Assembly: GCA_043747615.1 (NCBI GenBank)
Contig: JAYTOU010000027.1
Location: forward strand, 21,589-85,588
DNA: 64,000 nt
Source: Myxococcales bacterium
Lineage (GTDB): Bacteria; Myxococcota_A; Polyangia; Polyangiales; Polyangiaceae
Reading direction: 5' to 3'
The notes below the pieces were generated by a model. The model worked only from the letters and a program-made list of their open reading frames with translations. It ran no database searches and was not told where the DNA came from. The translations under genes were made by a program, and so were the position numbers. Of this stretch, positions 47,727 through 57,060 are shown in pieces. Numbering within the stretch: the first letter of the stretch is position 1; every line of letters begins with the position of its first letter.

Positions 47727-48568
47727 ACAAGGACGGACTCGTAGCGGATGATGGCCGCACACATATTCGCTCGAGCTTGATGCGCGAGTCGCTCGTGGAC
47801 AAGCGAGTCATCGCCCGGACGAACTCGGATCACGAGTTCGAGATCATGCCGGACGTGACCCTGGTGGGCATCGGCGGGCAGTCGATCTTCGATCGCGGTA
47901 AAGAAGCGCTCTTGCCGCTGGTCAAGGAGATCGCCGAGAACCGCGCGAGCCACAAGATCATCGTCAGCGTCGGCGGCGGCACCCGCGTTCGGCATACGAT
48001 TTCCGTCGCGCTCGACCTCGGCCTTCCCACCGGCGGCATCGCTCAGCTCGTCGGCGCCATGGAAGAGGCCAACGCCGTCTTCCTCAACGCGCTCCTCGCC
48101 AAGCACGGATCGATCGTCATGCAGCGCGATCACTTCTGGGAGCTGCCGCTCTACCTGCAGACCGGAATGCTCCCCATCGTCATCTCGACGCCGCCGTATC
48201 ACTTTTGGGAGCCGCCTCCCGAGGACGGCCCGCTCCCCACCCATGGCTCGGATTTCGGCATGTTCATCCACGCCGAGGTGCTCGGGATGCACAAAATCAT
48301 TTTCGTGAAGGACGAGGACGGCCTTTACACGGGCGATCCAAAAATTAACAAAAAAGCAACGCACATCAAGAAGATCACGCTCGCGGATCTCCTCGCCAAG
48401 ATGCCCGAAGAGCTGATCCTCGATCGCCAACTTTTTAACGCATGGAAAAACGCACGGCACATTCGCACCGTGCAGATCGTCAACGGGCTGAAGCCCGGCA
48501 TGCTCACGCGCGCTCTCGCGGGCGAAGAGGTCGGCACCATCATCACGAAGGAGCAAAACAATGCCTGA
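47723..48568 (+). CDS. mosA: Molybdenum storage protein subunit (alpha-like N-terminus), amino-acid-kinase fold
   Basis: THIRSSLMRESLVD, DRG..ALLPLV, LDLGLPTG, PPYH, ARHIRTVQIVNGL.PG.LTRALAGE.VGTII recall Azotobacter MoSto; adjacent to modABC. Confidence 0.8.
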   Translation: MNKDGLVADDGRTHIRSSLMRESLVDKRVIARTNSDHEFEIMPDVTLVGIGGQSIFDRGKEALLPLVKEIAENRASHKIIVSVGGGTRVRHTISVALDLGLPTGGIAQLVGAMEEANAVFLNALLAKHGSIVMQRDHFWELPLYLQTGMLPIVISTPPYHFWEPPPEDGPLPTHGSDFGMFIHAEVLGMHKIIFVKDEDGLYTGDPKINKKATHIKKITLADLLAKMPEELILDRQLFNAWKNARHIRTVQIVNGLKPGMLTRALAGEEVGTIITKEQNNA

Positions 48569-49373
48569 GTCCATGGAGCGCCGTACGCTCGAGAGCACCC
48601 TTGCGAACTCCACGCTGACCGGTGGCCACGAGAAGGCCTTCGCCTACGAGCCGGTCGCCCTCATGCCAGACGTGAAGGTGCTCAAGGTCGGCGGGCAGTC
48701 CATCATGGACCGCGGACGAAAGGCGCTTTTTCCGATCCTCGACGAGCTCGTTGCCGCCAAGGACAAGCACAAGCTCCTCGTGTGTTGCGGCGGCGGAACG
48801 CGCGCGCGGCACATCTACGCGGTCGCGAGCGATCTCGAGCTCCCGACGGGTGTGCTCGCCGCCCTCGGAGGCTACGTCCCTCGCCAGAACGCGCGCATGC
48901 TCCAGATGCTCCTCGCCAAGCACGGCGGCATCTTCATGCTCCACGACGACTTCGAGAAGCTTCCTCTCTATTTCAACCTGGGATGCATTCCGATCATGAC
49001 CGGCATGCCCCCCTTTGGTTACTGGGAGAAACCTGCCGAAGGCGGACGGATCCCCGCCCACCGCACGGACGCCGGCGTCTTTCTCTCCGCCGAAGTGCTC
49101 GGCGCGAAGCGCGCGATCTTCATCAAGGACGAGGACGGCCTCTACGAAGACGATCCCAAAAAGAACCCTAGCGCCAAGCATATTCCTCGCATCGGCGCGA
49201 AGGAGCTGCTCGCGCGCGATCTCCCGGATTTGGTTCTCGAGCGCGTCGTGATCGAGTACCTCGCCCGGGCTCGCTACTGCCACGAGCTACAGATCGTCAA
49301 CGGCACGAAACGCGGCCTGATTACCCGCGCTCTGGAAGGCGAAGATGTGGGGACGATCATCTACAAGGACTGA
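48561..49373 (+). CDS. mosB: Molybdenum storage protein subunit beta
   Basis: KVGGQSIMDRGR, GTRARHIY, QNARML..LLAKHG, GMPP..W.KPAEGG.IP.HRTDAG.FL.AE, KDEDGLY. Confidence 0.85.
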   Translation: MPESMERRTLESTLANSTLTGGHEKAFAYEPVALMPDVKVLKVGGQSIMDRGRKALFPILDELVAAKDKHKLLVCCGGGTRARHIYAVASDLELPTGVLAALGGYVPRQNARMLQMLLAKHGGIFMLHDDFEKLPLYFNLGCIPIMTGMPPFGYWEKPAEGGRIPAHRTDAGVFLSAEVLGAKRAIFIKDEDGLYEDDPKKNPSAKHIPRIGAKELLARDLPDLVLERVVIEYLARARYCHELQIVNGTKRGLITRALEGEDVGTIIYKD

Positions 49374-50160
49374 GCTCGCGCTCGCCTCGGTCGTCGCTCT
49401 CGCTTCGACTGAGGTGAGCTGCGCAAAGACGGTGCCCACGTCGCCCGCGCTCAAGGTCGCAGCGGCCGCCGATCTCGCGTTCGCGTTCAAGGACATAGGT
49501 GACGCCTTCGAGAAAAAGAGCGGCCAAAAGGTGGCGTTCTCGTTCGGCTCGACGGGGCTGCTCGCGACGCAGATCAAAGAGGGCGCGCCGTTCGATGTTT
49601 TCGCCGCAGCGAATCTCTCGTTCGCGGAAGAGGTCGTGGCCTCGGGCGCTTGCCTGGCCGACACCACCCAGCTCTATGCCCGCGGACGCATCGTCATGTG
49701 GAGCCGCGACGCTGCGAACGTCCCCGCGTCGCTTGCCGAACTGAAGGACCCGCGCTTCGCGAAGATCGCCATCGCCAATCCCGAGCACGCGCCGTATGGG
49801 CGCGCGGCGAAAGAGTCGCTCACCAACGCGGGCGTCTGGGAAGCGGTGTCGCCGAAGCTCGTGTTCGGCGAAAACGTGCAGCAAACCCTGCAATTCGCGC
49901 AGTCCGGCAACGCCGAGGTGGCGATCGTCGCTCTCTCTCTGGCCACAGTGACGGGCGGAAAATACGAGATGATCGATCCGGCGAATCATCAACCGCTCGA
50001 TCAAGCGCTGGTGGTTTGTAAAGGCTCGCCCGAGTCGAAGGGATCTCTCCAGCCGGTTGCGCGGGCCTTCACCGCCTACGTGAATTCCGAAGACGGACGT
50101 GCGATCATGAAGCACTACGGTTTTCTCCTTCCTGGCGAAACGCTGACCCAAACAAAGTAA
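49345..50160 (+). CDS. modA: Molybdate ABC transporter substrate-binding protein
   Basis: VAAAADL, FGSTGLLATQI..GAPFDVF, IANPEHAPYGRAA, GENV. Confidence 0.93.
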   Translation: MWGRSSTRTELALASVVALASTEVSCAKTVPTSPALKVAAAADLAFAFKDIGDAFEKKSGQKVAFSFGSTGLLATQIKEGAPFDVFAAANLSFAEEVVASGACLADTTQLYARGRIVMWSRDAANVPASLAELKDPRFAKIAIANPEHAPYGRAAKESLTNAGVWEAVSPKLVFGENVQQTLQFAQSGNAEVAIVALSLATVTGGKYEMIDPANHQPLDQALVVCKGSPESKGSLQPVARAFTAYVNSEDGRAIMKHYGFLLPGETLTQTK

Positions 50161-50823
50161 GTGGAGCTTCAGCCTCTTCTTCTTTCCTTCGAAGTTGCCA
50201 CGATCGCCACCGCGGTCGCGGCCGTCGTCGGGGTTTCGCTGGCGACGCTGCTCGCTTCGAAAAAATTTCCGGGGCGCGATCTCCTCGACGTGATCGTCAC
50301 CGCGCCGATGGTGCTTCCGCCCACGGTTCTCGGCTATTACCTGCTCGTCGCCCTTGGTCGCCGCAGCTTCATCGGACACGCCTACGAATCGCTCACCGGC
50401 TCTTCGATCGTCTTCACCAGGACGGGCGCGATCTGTGCGGCGGCCATAGGCGCGCTCCCCATCGTCGTGAAGTCGAGCCGGGCGGCGCTGGAAGATGTCG
50501 ACCGGGTTTTTCTGCGAGCGGCGCGGACGCTCGGCGCGGGCCCGGTCCGGGCGTTCTTCACCGTGCAACTCCCGCTCGCGGGGAGGGGAGTCGTCGCCGG
50601 GCTGATGCTCTCGTTTGCGCGGGCGCTGGGCGACTTCGGGGTGACGCTGATGGTCGCGGGGGACATTCCCGGCGAGACCCAGACTGCGTCGCTCTCCATC
50701 TACGATGCGATCCAGAGCCACCGAGAGACCGAGGCGCTCCTCACGGTGATCGTGCTCACGGCGGTGGCGACGTCCCTCCTCTACGCGGTGAACAAGCTCA
50801 CGGCGAAGACCGATGCCTCCTAA
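50161..50823 (+). CDS. modB: Molybdate ABC transporter permease
   Basis: PMVLPPTVLGYYLL, AARTLGA, FARALGDFGVTLMVAGDIPGETQT. Confidence 0.95.
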   Translation: MELQPLLLSFEVATIATAVAAVVGVSLATLLASKKFPGRDLLDVIVTAPMVLPPTVLGYYLLVALGRRSFIGHAYESLTGSSIVFTRTGAICAAAIGALPIVVKSSRAALEDVDRVFLRAARTLGAGPVRAFFTVQLPLAGRGVVAGLMLSFARALGDFGVTLMVAGDIPGETQTASLSIYDAIQSHRETEALLTVIVLTAVATSLLYAVNKLTAKTDAS

Positions 50824-51523
50824 AGGCGTGCTCTCGCTAAAGATCACCTTGTCTCGGGCGAGCTTCGCGCTCGACGTCGAGCTCGAGGTTCCGCCGGGGA
50901 TCACGATCCTCTTCGGTCCATCAGGATCAGGCAAGAGCACTACGCTCGCCGCCATCGCCGGGCTCGAGCGCCCGACGAGCGGTCGCATCGCCCTCGGGGA
51001 CGACGTGTGGTTCGACGACAAACGCAAGATCGACCGACCGGTGCACGTGAGGGGCGTTGCCTTCGTCTTCCAGTCCCTCGCGCTCTTCCCGCACATGAGC
51101 GCGCTTGCAAACGTGCAGTACGGCATGGACCGCGGGGTGGCCGCCGAAAAAAGAGCGAGCCGCGCGCGTGAGCTGCTCGAGCGTTTTCGCGTAGGGCACC
51201 TCGCCCTCCGGCGTCCGCAGAACTTCTCCGGCGGCGAGGCCCAGCGGGTTGCTCTGGCCCGCGCGCTCGGTATGTCGCCGCGTGTCGTTCTCCTCGACGA
51301 GCCCTTCTCCGCGATGGACCGCGAGCTCCGCGGAGCTCTGGTGGCCGACGTGCGCGCCTCCGCAATCGACTTGAAAATTCCCATGCTCCACGTCACCCAT
51401 CACCGCCAGGAGGCACGCATGCTCGCCGACCGCATCGCTATGATGGACGCAGGCCGGGTCGTCGCCGTCGGAAGCGTTCGCGATCTCTTGCCCGAGGAGA
51501 AACCTGCGGACGTCGCTCGCTAG
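50813..51523 (+). CDS. modC: Molybdate ABC transporter ATPase (short, no TOBE domain)
   Basis: GPSGSGKST, FSGGEAQR, LLDEP, VTH. Confidence 0.92.
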   Translation: MPPKGVLSLKITLSRASFALDVELEVPPGITILFGPSGSGKSTTLAAIAGLERPTSGRIALGDDVWFDDKRKIDRPVHVRGVAFVFQSLALFPHMSALANVQYGMDRGVAAEKRASRARELLERFRVGHLALRRPQNFSGGEAQRVALARALGMSPRVVLLDEPFSAMDRELRGALVADVRASAIDLKIPMLHVTHHRQEARMLADRIAMMDAGRVVAVGSVRDLLPEEKPADVAR

Positions 51524-51572
51524 CCATCACGGAAGTCCGCGTTTATGTCGGCAAAAACGCTGACGCTGCGCG

Positions 51573-51601
51573 TTGACACTCCCCCCGGCCGAAGCTAGAC
51601 C
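51573..51601 (+). promoter_or_regulatory. Sigma70-type promoter for prs
   Basis: TTGACA-17 bp-TAGACC; SD GGAGGAG before ATG 51636. Confidence 0.7.
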
Positions 51602-51635
51602 GTCCCCCGCGACCGAGTACGGAGGAGACTGAACG

Positions 51636-52580
51636 ATGTTCAAAAAAGTCTGCATCTTCTCGGGGAACGCCAACGTACCCCTGGCCACGGCGATCGCCGG
51701 GTACCTCGAGACACCGCTCTCGAAGATCAAGATTCAGCGCTTCAGTGACGGCGAATCGTTCTGCGAGATCAACGAGAACGTGCGCGGAGTCGATGCTTTC
51801 GTCATCCAGTCCACGTGCTTGCCTGTGAACGACAACGTGATGGAGCTCTTGATCATCTGCGATGCGCTCCGTCGGGCCTCGGCGGGCTCGATCACCACCG
51901 TCATCCCGTACTACGGCTACGGCCGTCAGGATCGCAAGGTCGCTCCGCGCACCCCAATCACCTCGAAGCTCGTGGCGGATCTCATCACCGCGGCGGGCGC
52001 CACCCGCGTCGTCTCGGTCGACCTCCACGCCGGGCAAATACAAGGCTTTTTCAACATTCCCTTCGATCACCTCTTCGCGATGCCGGTGATGCTCGAGGAT
52101 TACCTGAAGAAGAACTTCGACTCTTCTTCGGTGATCGTCTCTCCGGACGCGGGCGGCGTGGAGCGTGCGCGGGCCTTCGCCAAACGCCTCGACGCGAGCT
52201 TGGCCATCGTCGACAAGCGTCGCGAAAAAGCAAACGTCAGCGAGGTGATGAACCTCATCGGCGACGTCAGAGGTAAGGACTGCATCATCATCGACGACAT
52301 GATCGACACCGCCGGTACGCTGTGCGGTGCGGCCCAGGCGCTCAAGGACAACGGAGCCAAGAAGATCGTTGCCTGCGCAACGCACGGAGTCCTCTCCGGG
52401 CCGGCGATCGAGCGCATCAACGACTCGCCGCTCAACGAAGTGGTCGTCGCGGACACCATCCCGCTCTCCGAAGCGGCGCGAAACTGCCCTAAAATCAAGC
52501 AAATCTCGTTGGCCCGTCTCCTCGGGGAGGCCATCAAGCGCATTCACAGCTCGGATTCTGTCAGCTCGCTTTTCGCCTAG
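51636..52580 (+). CDS. prs: Ribose-phosphate pyrophosphokinase
   Basis: [42 protein letters not shown]. Confidence 0.98.
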   Translation: MFKKVCIFSGNANVPLATAIAGYLETPLSKIKIQRFSDGESFCEINENVRGVDAFVIQSTCLPVNDNVMELLIICDALRRASAGSITTVIPYYGYGRQDRKVAPRTPITSKLVADLITAAGATRVVSVDLHAGQIQGFFNIPFDHLFAMPVMLEDYLKKNFDSSSVIVSPDAGGVERARAFAKRLDASLAIVDKRREKANVSEVMNLIGDVRGKDCIIIDDMIDTAGTLCGAAQALKDNGAKKIVACATHGVLSGPAIERINDSPLNEVVVADTIPLSEAARNCPKIKQISLARLLGEAIKRIHSSDSVSSLFA

Positions 52581-52687
52581 GCGACCTCCGGGAGACTATG
52601 CCAGTTTCGCTACCTTTCTTGGGGAGTTACTGCTAAACGCTCGCCCCGCCCTATTTTCGGGCCCGACCGCATCAGGAGACTTTCGCT

Positions 52688-53467
52688 ATGAATTCGGCCA
52701 CCACCTCCCAAACCGCTGCCACCAATCCGTCCGCCATGCCGGGGCTCGTCGCCGACGCCCGCCTCCCGGGTGGAAAAGGCGCCGCAGCGCGTCTCCGTCG
52801 CACCGGGCAGATCCCCGCAGTAGCTTACGGAAAAGGGCTCCCCGCGACGTCGATTGCCGTCTCGCCGAAAGAGATCCTCGGCATCCTCAAGAGCGAGCGC
52901 GGGAAGAACAGCGTCATCAAGATCACGCTCGCCGGTCAAGCGGACAAGAGCGCGGCGACGAAGAGCCTCCTCGTCATGATCCGCGACTACACCTATCACC
53001 CCGTGAACCGGAATCTCGAGCACGTCGACTTCGTCGAAGTGAAGCTCGACGAGGCCGTCAACGTCGATATCCCCCTCATTTTCACGGGCAAACCGATCGG
53101 CGTCACTACCGGCGGCATCATTCGCCAGGTTTACCGCACGGTCCCCGTCAGCTGCTTGCCCGATCGCATTCCGCTTCGACTCGAGATCGACATCACGCAC
53201 CTCGCGCTCGGTGAGCACGTGTCGACGCAAGATTTGAATCTCGGCGAAGGTGTCGCCGTTCGCCTCCCCGCGGAGCAGACCCTCATCGCCATCGTCGCGC
53301 CCGACAAGGTGCCGGCCGAGGACGAGGTCGTTGCAGCCGTTCCCGGCGCAGCAGCCGCACCCGGAGCACCGGGAGCGCCCGCGGCAGCAGGTGGAGCCGC
53401 AGCGCCGGCCGCAGCGGCTGGCGGCAAAGACGCAAAGGCGCCCGCGAAGGACGCCAAGAAAAAATAA
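52688..53467 (+). CDS. rplY: 50S ribosomal protein L25/Ctc (long form)
   Basis: GKGAAARLRRTGQIPAVAYG, HVDF; prs-rplY-pth synteny. Confidence 0.95.
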   Translation: MNSATTSQTAATNPSAMPGLVADARLPGGKGAAARLRRTGQIPAVAYGKGLPATSIAVSPKEILGILKSERGKNSVIKITLAGQADKSAATKSLLVMIRDYTYHPVNRNLEHVDFVEVKLDEAVNVDIPLIFTGKPIGVTTGGIIRQVYRTVPVSCLPDRIPLRLEIDITHLALGEHVSTQDLNLGEGVAVRLPAEQTLIAIVAPDKVPAEDEVVAAVPGAAAAPGAPGAPAAAGGAAAPAAAAGGKDAKAPAKDAKKK

Positions 53468-53473
53468 CGCGAG

Positions 53474-54085
53474 ATGGTGCTGGTCGTCGGTCTGGGAAAT
53501 CCCGGGCGCTCGTACGAAGGCAACCGCCACAACGTGGGTTTCATGGCCGCCGACGGGCTTCGCTCGTCGGAGAATCTGCCGGAGTATCGCGAGAAGTTTT
53601 CTGGCGCCTGGACGAAGGGGGAAGCCAAAGGCGGCTCGCTGGCTCTTCTCAAGCCCATGACGTTCATGAATCTCTCGGGTGATTCGGTGCAGCCGGCGAC
53701 GGCTTTTCTCAAGGTGGAGCCGGGCTCCCTCATCGTGGTCCACGATGAGCTCGACGTTCCCTTCGGCGAGGTGCGTCTGAAGCTCGGAGGCGGACACGCT
53801 GGCCACAACGGCATCAGAAGCATCATCGAGCGTCTCGGCTCACCCGAATTCATCCGGGTGCGCGTGGGCATTGGGCGCCCGCCGCCCGGCTTCCGGGGGG
53901 ACGTCGCCGACTACGTGCTCCACAATTTCGATCCTGGCGAGAAAGCCGAGCTCCCGGGCGTTCTCGACAAGGCCATGAGCGCTACGCGTTTGATCCTGAA
54001 AGACGGCATCAAGGCGGCGATGGCGGTGGTCAATCAGAAGGCTCCCGTTCGAAATAGCGGAAAAAAACCCGCGGAAACCCCCTGA
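53474..54085 (+). CDS. pth: Peptidyl-tRNA hydrolase
   Basis: GLGNPG, RHNVGF, KPMTFMNLSG, HDELD, GHNG. Confidence 0.97.
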   Translation: MVLVVGLGNPGRSYEGNRHNVGFMAADGLRSSENLPEYREKFSGAWTKGEAKGGSLALLKPMTFMNLSGDSVQPATAFLKVEPGSLIVVHDELDVPFGEVRLKLGGGHAGHNGIRSIIERLGSPEFIRVRVGIGRPPPGFRGDVADYVLHNFDPGEKAELPGVLDKAMSATRLILKDGIKAAMAVVNQKAPVRNSGKKPAETP

Positions 54086-54106
54086 CGTGCTACTAAGCGC
54101 ATCCCA

Positions 54107-54159
54107 TTTTCCTTGCTCGTCGGCCGTGTGCTGACGGGCCTCGAAGTCCACAAGGAGAA
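54107..54159 (+). ncRNA. Putative S6:S18 ribosomal protein leader
   Basis: TTTTCCTTG pairs with CAAGGAGAA (contains the SD); CTC internal loop; inner hairpin GTCGGC/GCTGAC; directly upstream of rpsF. Confidence 0.65.
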
Positions 54160-54166
54160 GCACCCG

Positions 54167-54733
54167 ATGGCATTGGTAACAACGACCCAGATCCTGAAGT
54201 CGAAAGAGTACGAAACGATCTACATCCTTCGCGGCGACGTCGACGCGGATACCGCAGAGAAGGTGCAGCAGCGTTTCGCGGAAGTCGTGAGCCGCGAGAG
54301 CGGCAAGCTCGTGAAGGTCGAGGCCTGGGGGCGGCGCAAGCTCGCATACCCGGTCGCGAAATCGAAGAAGGGCGTCTACGTCTACGTGAAATACGTGGGC
54401 AAGGGCGGTCTCGTCGCCGAGCTCGAGCGCAACCTGAAGCTCCAAGACGCGGTCCTCAAATACCAGACGGTCCAGACCCAGTCGGACGTCGACGAGGCCT
54501 CGCTCACGATCGATCCCGAAGAAATCAAGATGCAACGCCTCGAGCTTCCGGCAGAGGAGGAGGAGAAAGAGACGCGCGAGCGTGCTCTCGGCCTCGTCGA
54601 CTTTGGTCTCGATGCTCCCCGTTCGCGTGCGCCTCGTGACGTCGCCCCGGAGGATGACTTCGCGGACGACGAGGACGCTGCCGCCTCGAGCGAAATCGCA
54701 CCCGACAAAGCTCCCTCCAAGGATGAGGCCTGA
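54167..54733 (+). CDS. rpsF: 30S ribosomal protein S6 with acidic C-terminal extension
   Basis: [20 protein letters not shown]. Confidence 0.95.
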   Translation: MALVTTTQILKSKEYETIYILRGDVDADTAEKVQQRFAEVVSRESGKLVKVEAWGRRKLAYPVAKSKKGVYVYVKYVGKGGLVAELERNLKLQDAVLKYQTVQTQSDVDEASLTIDPEEIKMQRLELPAEEEEKETRERALGLVDFGLDAPRSRAPRDVAPEDDFADDEDAAASSEIAPDKAPSKDEA

Positions 54734-54735
54734 TC

Positions 54736-55029
54736 ATGAAACCTGGAATGATGGATGACGATCGCGACTTCGGTCGCACACCGGACCTCAATCAAGATGC
54801 GCCCGGCCGCCGCCGGATGGGCAAGAAGCGCATCTGCAAGTACTGCGCAGAGAAAGAGATCGTGATCGACTACAAGGATCCGCAGGCTCTCAAGTACTTC
54901 ATCTCCGACCGTGGGAAGGTCGTTCCCCGCCGCATCAGCGGCAACTGCGCGCTCCACCAGCGCAAGGTCACCAAGGCCATCAAGCGGGCGCGGAACATCG
55001 CGCTCCTACCCTTCACCGTCACGGCCTAA
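54736..55029 (+). CDS. rpsR: 30S ribosomal protein S18 (Zn-binding C+ type)
   Basis: [32 protein letters not shown]. Confidence 0.97.
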   Translation: MKPGMMDDDRDFGRTPDLNQDAPGRRRMGKKRICKYCAEKEIVIDYKDPQALKYFISDRGKVVPRRISGNCALHQRKVTKAIKRARNIALLPFTVTA

Positions 55030-55040
55030 GGAGACAAATC

Positions 55041-55496
55041 ATGGGTGCTACCATTCAAGTCGTCCTCCAGCAGGACGTAGACAAGGTCGGAACGTCGGGC
55101 GAGCTAATCAAAGTTCGCCCTGGATTTGCCCGGAATTACCTGCTCCCGCGTCAGCTCGCGGTGCCGGCGACGACCGCGCAGATCAATCGCCTCAATCACG
55201 AGAAGGCCGTTGCCATCGCGAAGAACGAGAAGTCGAAGAAAGAGTCACGCGAGATCGCAGCGAAGATCAACGCCCTCGAGATCAAGATCGCGCGCCCCGT
55301 GGGAGAAGACGACAAGCTCTTTGGATCGGTGACCGCGAAGGAAATTCACGCGGCCGTCGAAGCCAAGGGCGTCGTGTTCGATCGCAAGAAGATGCACCTT
55401 GCCGAGCCGATCAAGGCGCTCGGGAAGTTCGAGATTCCGGTGAAGCTGATGAGCGACGTCACGGCGACCATCAAGGTCGAGGTCGTCAAAAAATAG
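55041..55496 (+). CDS. rplI: 50S ribosomal protein L9
   Basis: VRPGFARNYLLP, KLFGSVT, PIKALG. Confidence 0.97.
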   Translation: MGATIQVVLQQDVDKVGTSGELIKVRPGFARNYLLPRQLAVPATTAQINRLNHEKAVAIAKNEKSKKESREIAAKINALEIKIARPVGEDDKLFGSVTAKEIHAAVEAKGVVFDRKKMHLAEPIKALGKFEIPVKLMSDVTATIKVEVVKK

Positions 55497-55640
55497 CTCC
55501 GTCCGTTTCAGGTAGTATCAAACGCCTCGATCGCGTGTAGGCGGTCGGGGCGTTCTGTATTTGACAGGAGAAGCTGTGGAAAAGGTGCGCTTTTTCGGGG
55601 GAAACGTGAGCTTCGCGACGTTCCCTCGAGCGAGGGAAGA

Positions 55641-57059
55641 GTGCCGCCCCACGATCTCGACGCGGAGGCAGCCGTCCTCAGTGCGATCATGATCGACAAC
55701 TCGGCGCTCGACAAAGTGCTCGAGTTTCTCAAGCCCGAACATTTCTATTCCGAAGCTCACAGCCGCATCTTCGAAGCGACGATGGAGCTCCATGCGGTGG
55801 GCAAACCCGTCGACATCGTGCAGGTCGGCACCTGGCTGAAGAACCGCGAGCGCATCGCTCAGGTGGGCGGCATGGCCTACCTCACGGAGGTCCTGAACGC
55901 CGCGCCTGCCGTCGCGAACGTGGCCGCGTACGGTGGCACCATTTACGAAAAGTGGCGCGTCCGTCAGCTGATCGCCACGTGCCAACGCGTCTCCGCCGAG
56001 GGCTACATCGACTACGGCGAGGCCCAGGCCTTCATCGACGGCGCCGAGCAAGACATCTACCAGATCGCACGCACGAGCGAGACGAGCAGCGTCGAGAAGC
56101 TCCTCGACGTGATGAAGAAATCGTTCAAGCAGCTCACGGACGCCATGCAGCGCGGCGATCGCATCACCGGCACGCCCACCGGCTTCGAGCGCTACGACAA
56201 GCTTACCGCGGGCCTTCACGAAGGCGATCTCTCGATCATCGCTGCGCGCCCCGGTATGGGAAAAACAAGCTTCGTCCTGAATCTCGCCGTCAACGTGGCG
56301 AGCCCCAAAGGGCGAGAAGCCGCAGGCGATCCCAACCAGAAGTGGGAGCACCCAGGCGTCGGAGTGGTGGTTTTTTCTCTTGAAATGCCGCGTGAGCAGA
56401 TCGCCAACCGCATGGTCTGCGCCGAAGGAAAGGTCGACGTCGGAAAGGTGCGCCAAGGATTCCTCGCGCAAGCCGACTGGAACCGACTCACCCAGGCCGC
56501 CTCCTTTCTCGGAGGTTTGCCGATCTGGATCGACGACTCGTCGGCTCTCGGCATCCTCGAGCTGCGCGCTAAGGTGCGGCGACTCCAGGCGGAGTACGAG
56601 CGCCCCGATGGCAGCGGCAAGGCCGGTGGAAAAATCGGATTGGTGATCGTCGACTATCTTCAGCTGATGAAGGGGCGCGACGGCGTCAACTCGCGCGAGC
56701 AAGAAATCAGCGAAATTTCCCGAGGTTTGAAGGCTCTTGCCAAGGAGCTCAAAGTCCCGGTCATCGCCCTCTCGCAGCTCAACCGCGCCGTCGAGACGCG
56801 GAGCGAAAAGTCGAAGCGGCCCCAGCTGTCGGACCTTCGCGAGTCGGGCGCCATCGAACAGGACGCCGACAACATCTGCTTCATCTACCGCGACGAGTAC
56901 TACAACAAGGAAACCACGACGGAGCGCAACGTCGCCGAGCTCATCATCGCAAAACAGCGAAACGGCCCTACAGGTACAGCCAAGGTTCGCTTCGATGCCC
57001 AGTATACCCGCTTCGACAACCTCGCCGCCGGCGAATACGTCGACGACGACGGGGGATGA
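55641..57059 (+). CDS. dnaB: Replicative DNA helicase (start ambiguous, see findings)
   Basis: PPHDLDAE, AARPGMGKT, FSLEM, VDYLQL, LSQLNR, DLRESGAIEQDAD, KQRNGPTG; no intein. Confidence 0.97.
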   Translation: MPPHDLDAEAAVLSAIMIDNSALDKVLEFLKPEHFYSEAHSRIFEATMELHAVGKPVDIVQVGTWLKNRERIAQVGGMAYLTEVLNAAPAVANVAAYGGTIYEKWRVRQLIATCQRVSAEGYIDYGEAQAFIDGAEQDIYQIARTSETSSVEKLLDVMKKSFKQLTDAMQRGDRITGTPTGFERYDKLTAGLHEGDLSIIAARPGMGKTSFVLNLAVNVASPKGREAAGDPNQKWEHPGVGVVVFSLEMPREQIANRMVCAEGKVDVGKVRQGFLAQADWNRLTQAASFLGGLPIWIDDSSALGILELRAKVRRLQAEYERPDGSGKAGGKIGLVIVDYLQLMKGRDGVNSREQEISEISRGLKALAKELKVPVIALSQLNRAVETRSEKSKRPQLSDLRESGAIEQDADNICFIYRDEYYNKETTTERNVAELIIAKQRNGPTGTAKVRFDAQYTRFDNLAAGEYVDDDGG

Positions 57060-57060
57060 G

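Noticed and set aside
47723..49373. Annotating the two amino-acid-kinase-fold genes as uridylate kinase (pyrH)
   Set aside because: They are a tandem paralog pair with MoSto-type motifs next to modABC, not in the tsf-pyrH-frr context
37528..51523. Mo locus as a recently inserted genomic island
   Set aside because: No integrase, transposase, flanking direct repeats or tRNA seen; composition looks host-like and it includes a lineage-specific MYXO-CTERM gene
51524..51635. tRNA-Gln often found upstream of prs
   Set aside because: No cloverleaf or T-loop motif; only a sigma70-like promoter is present
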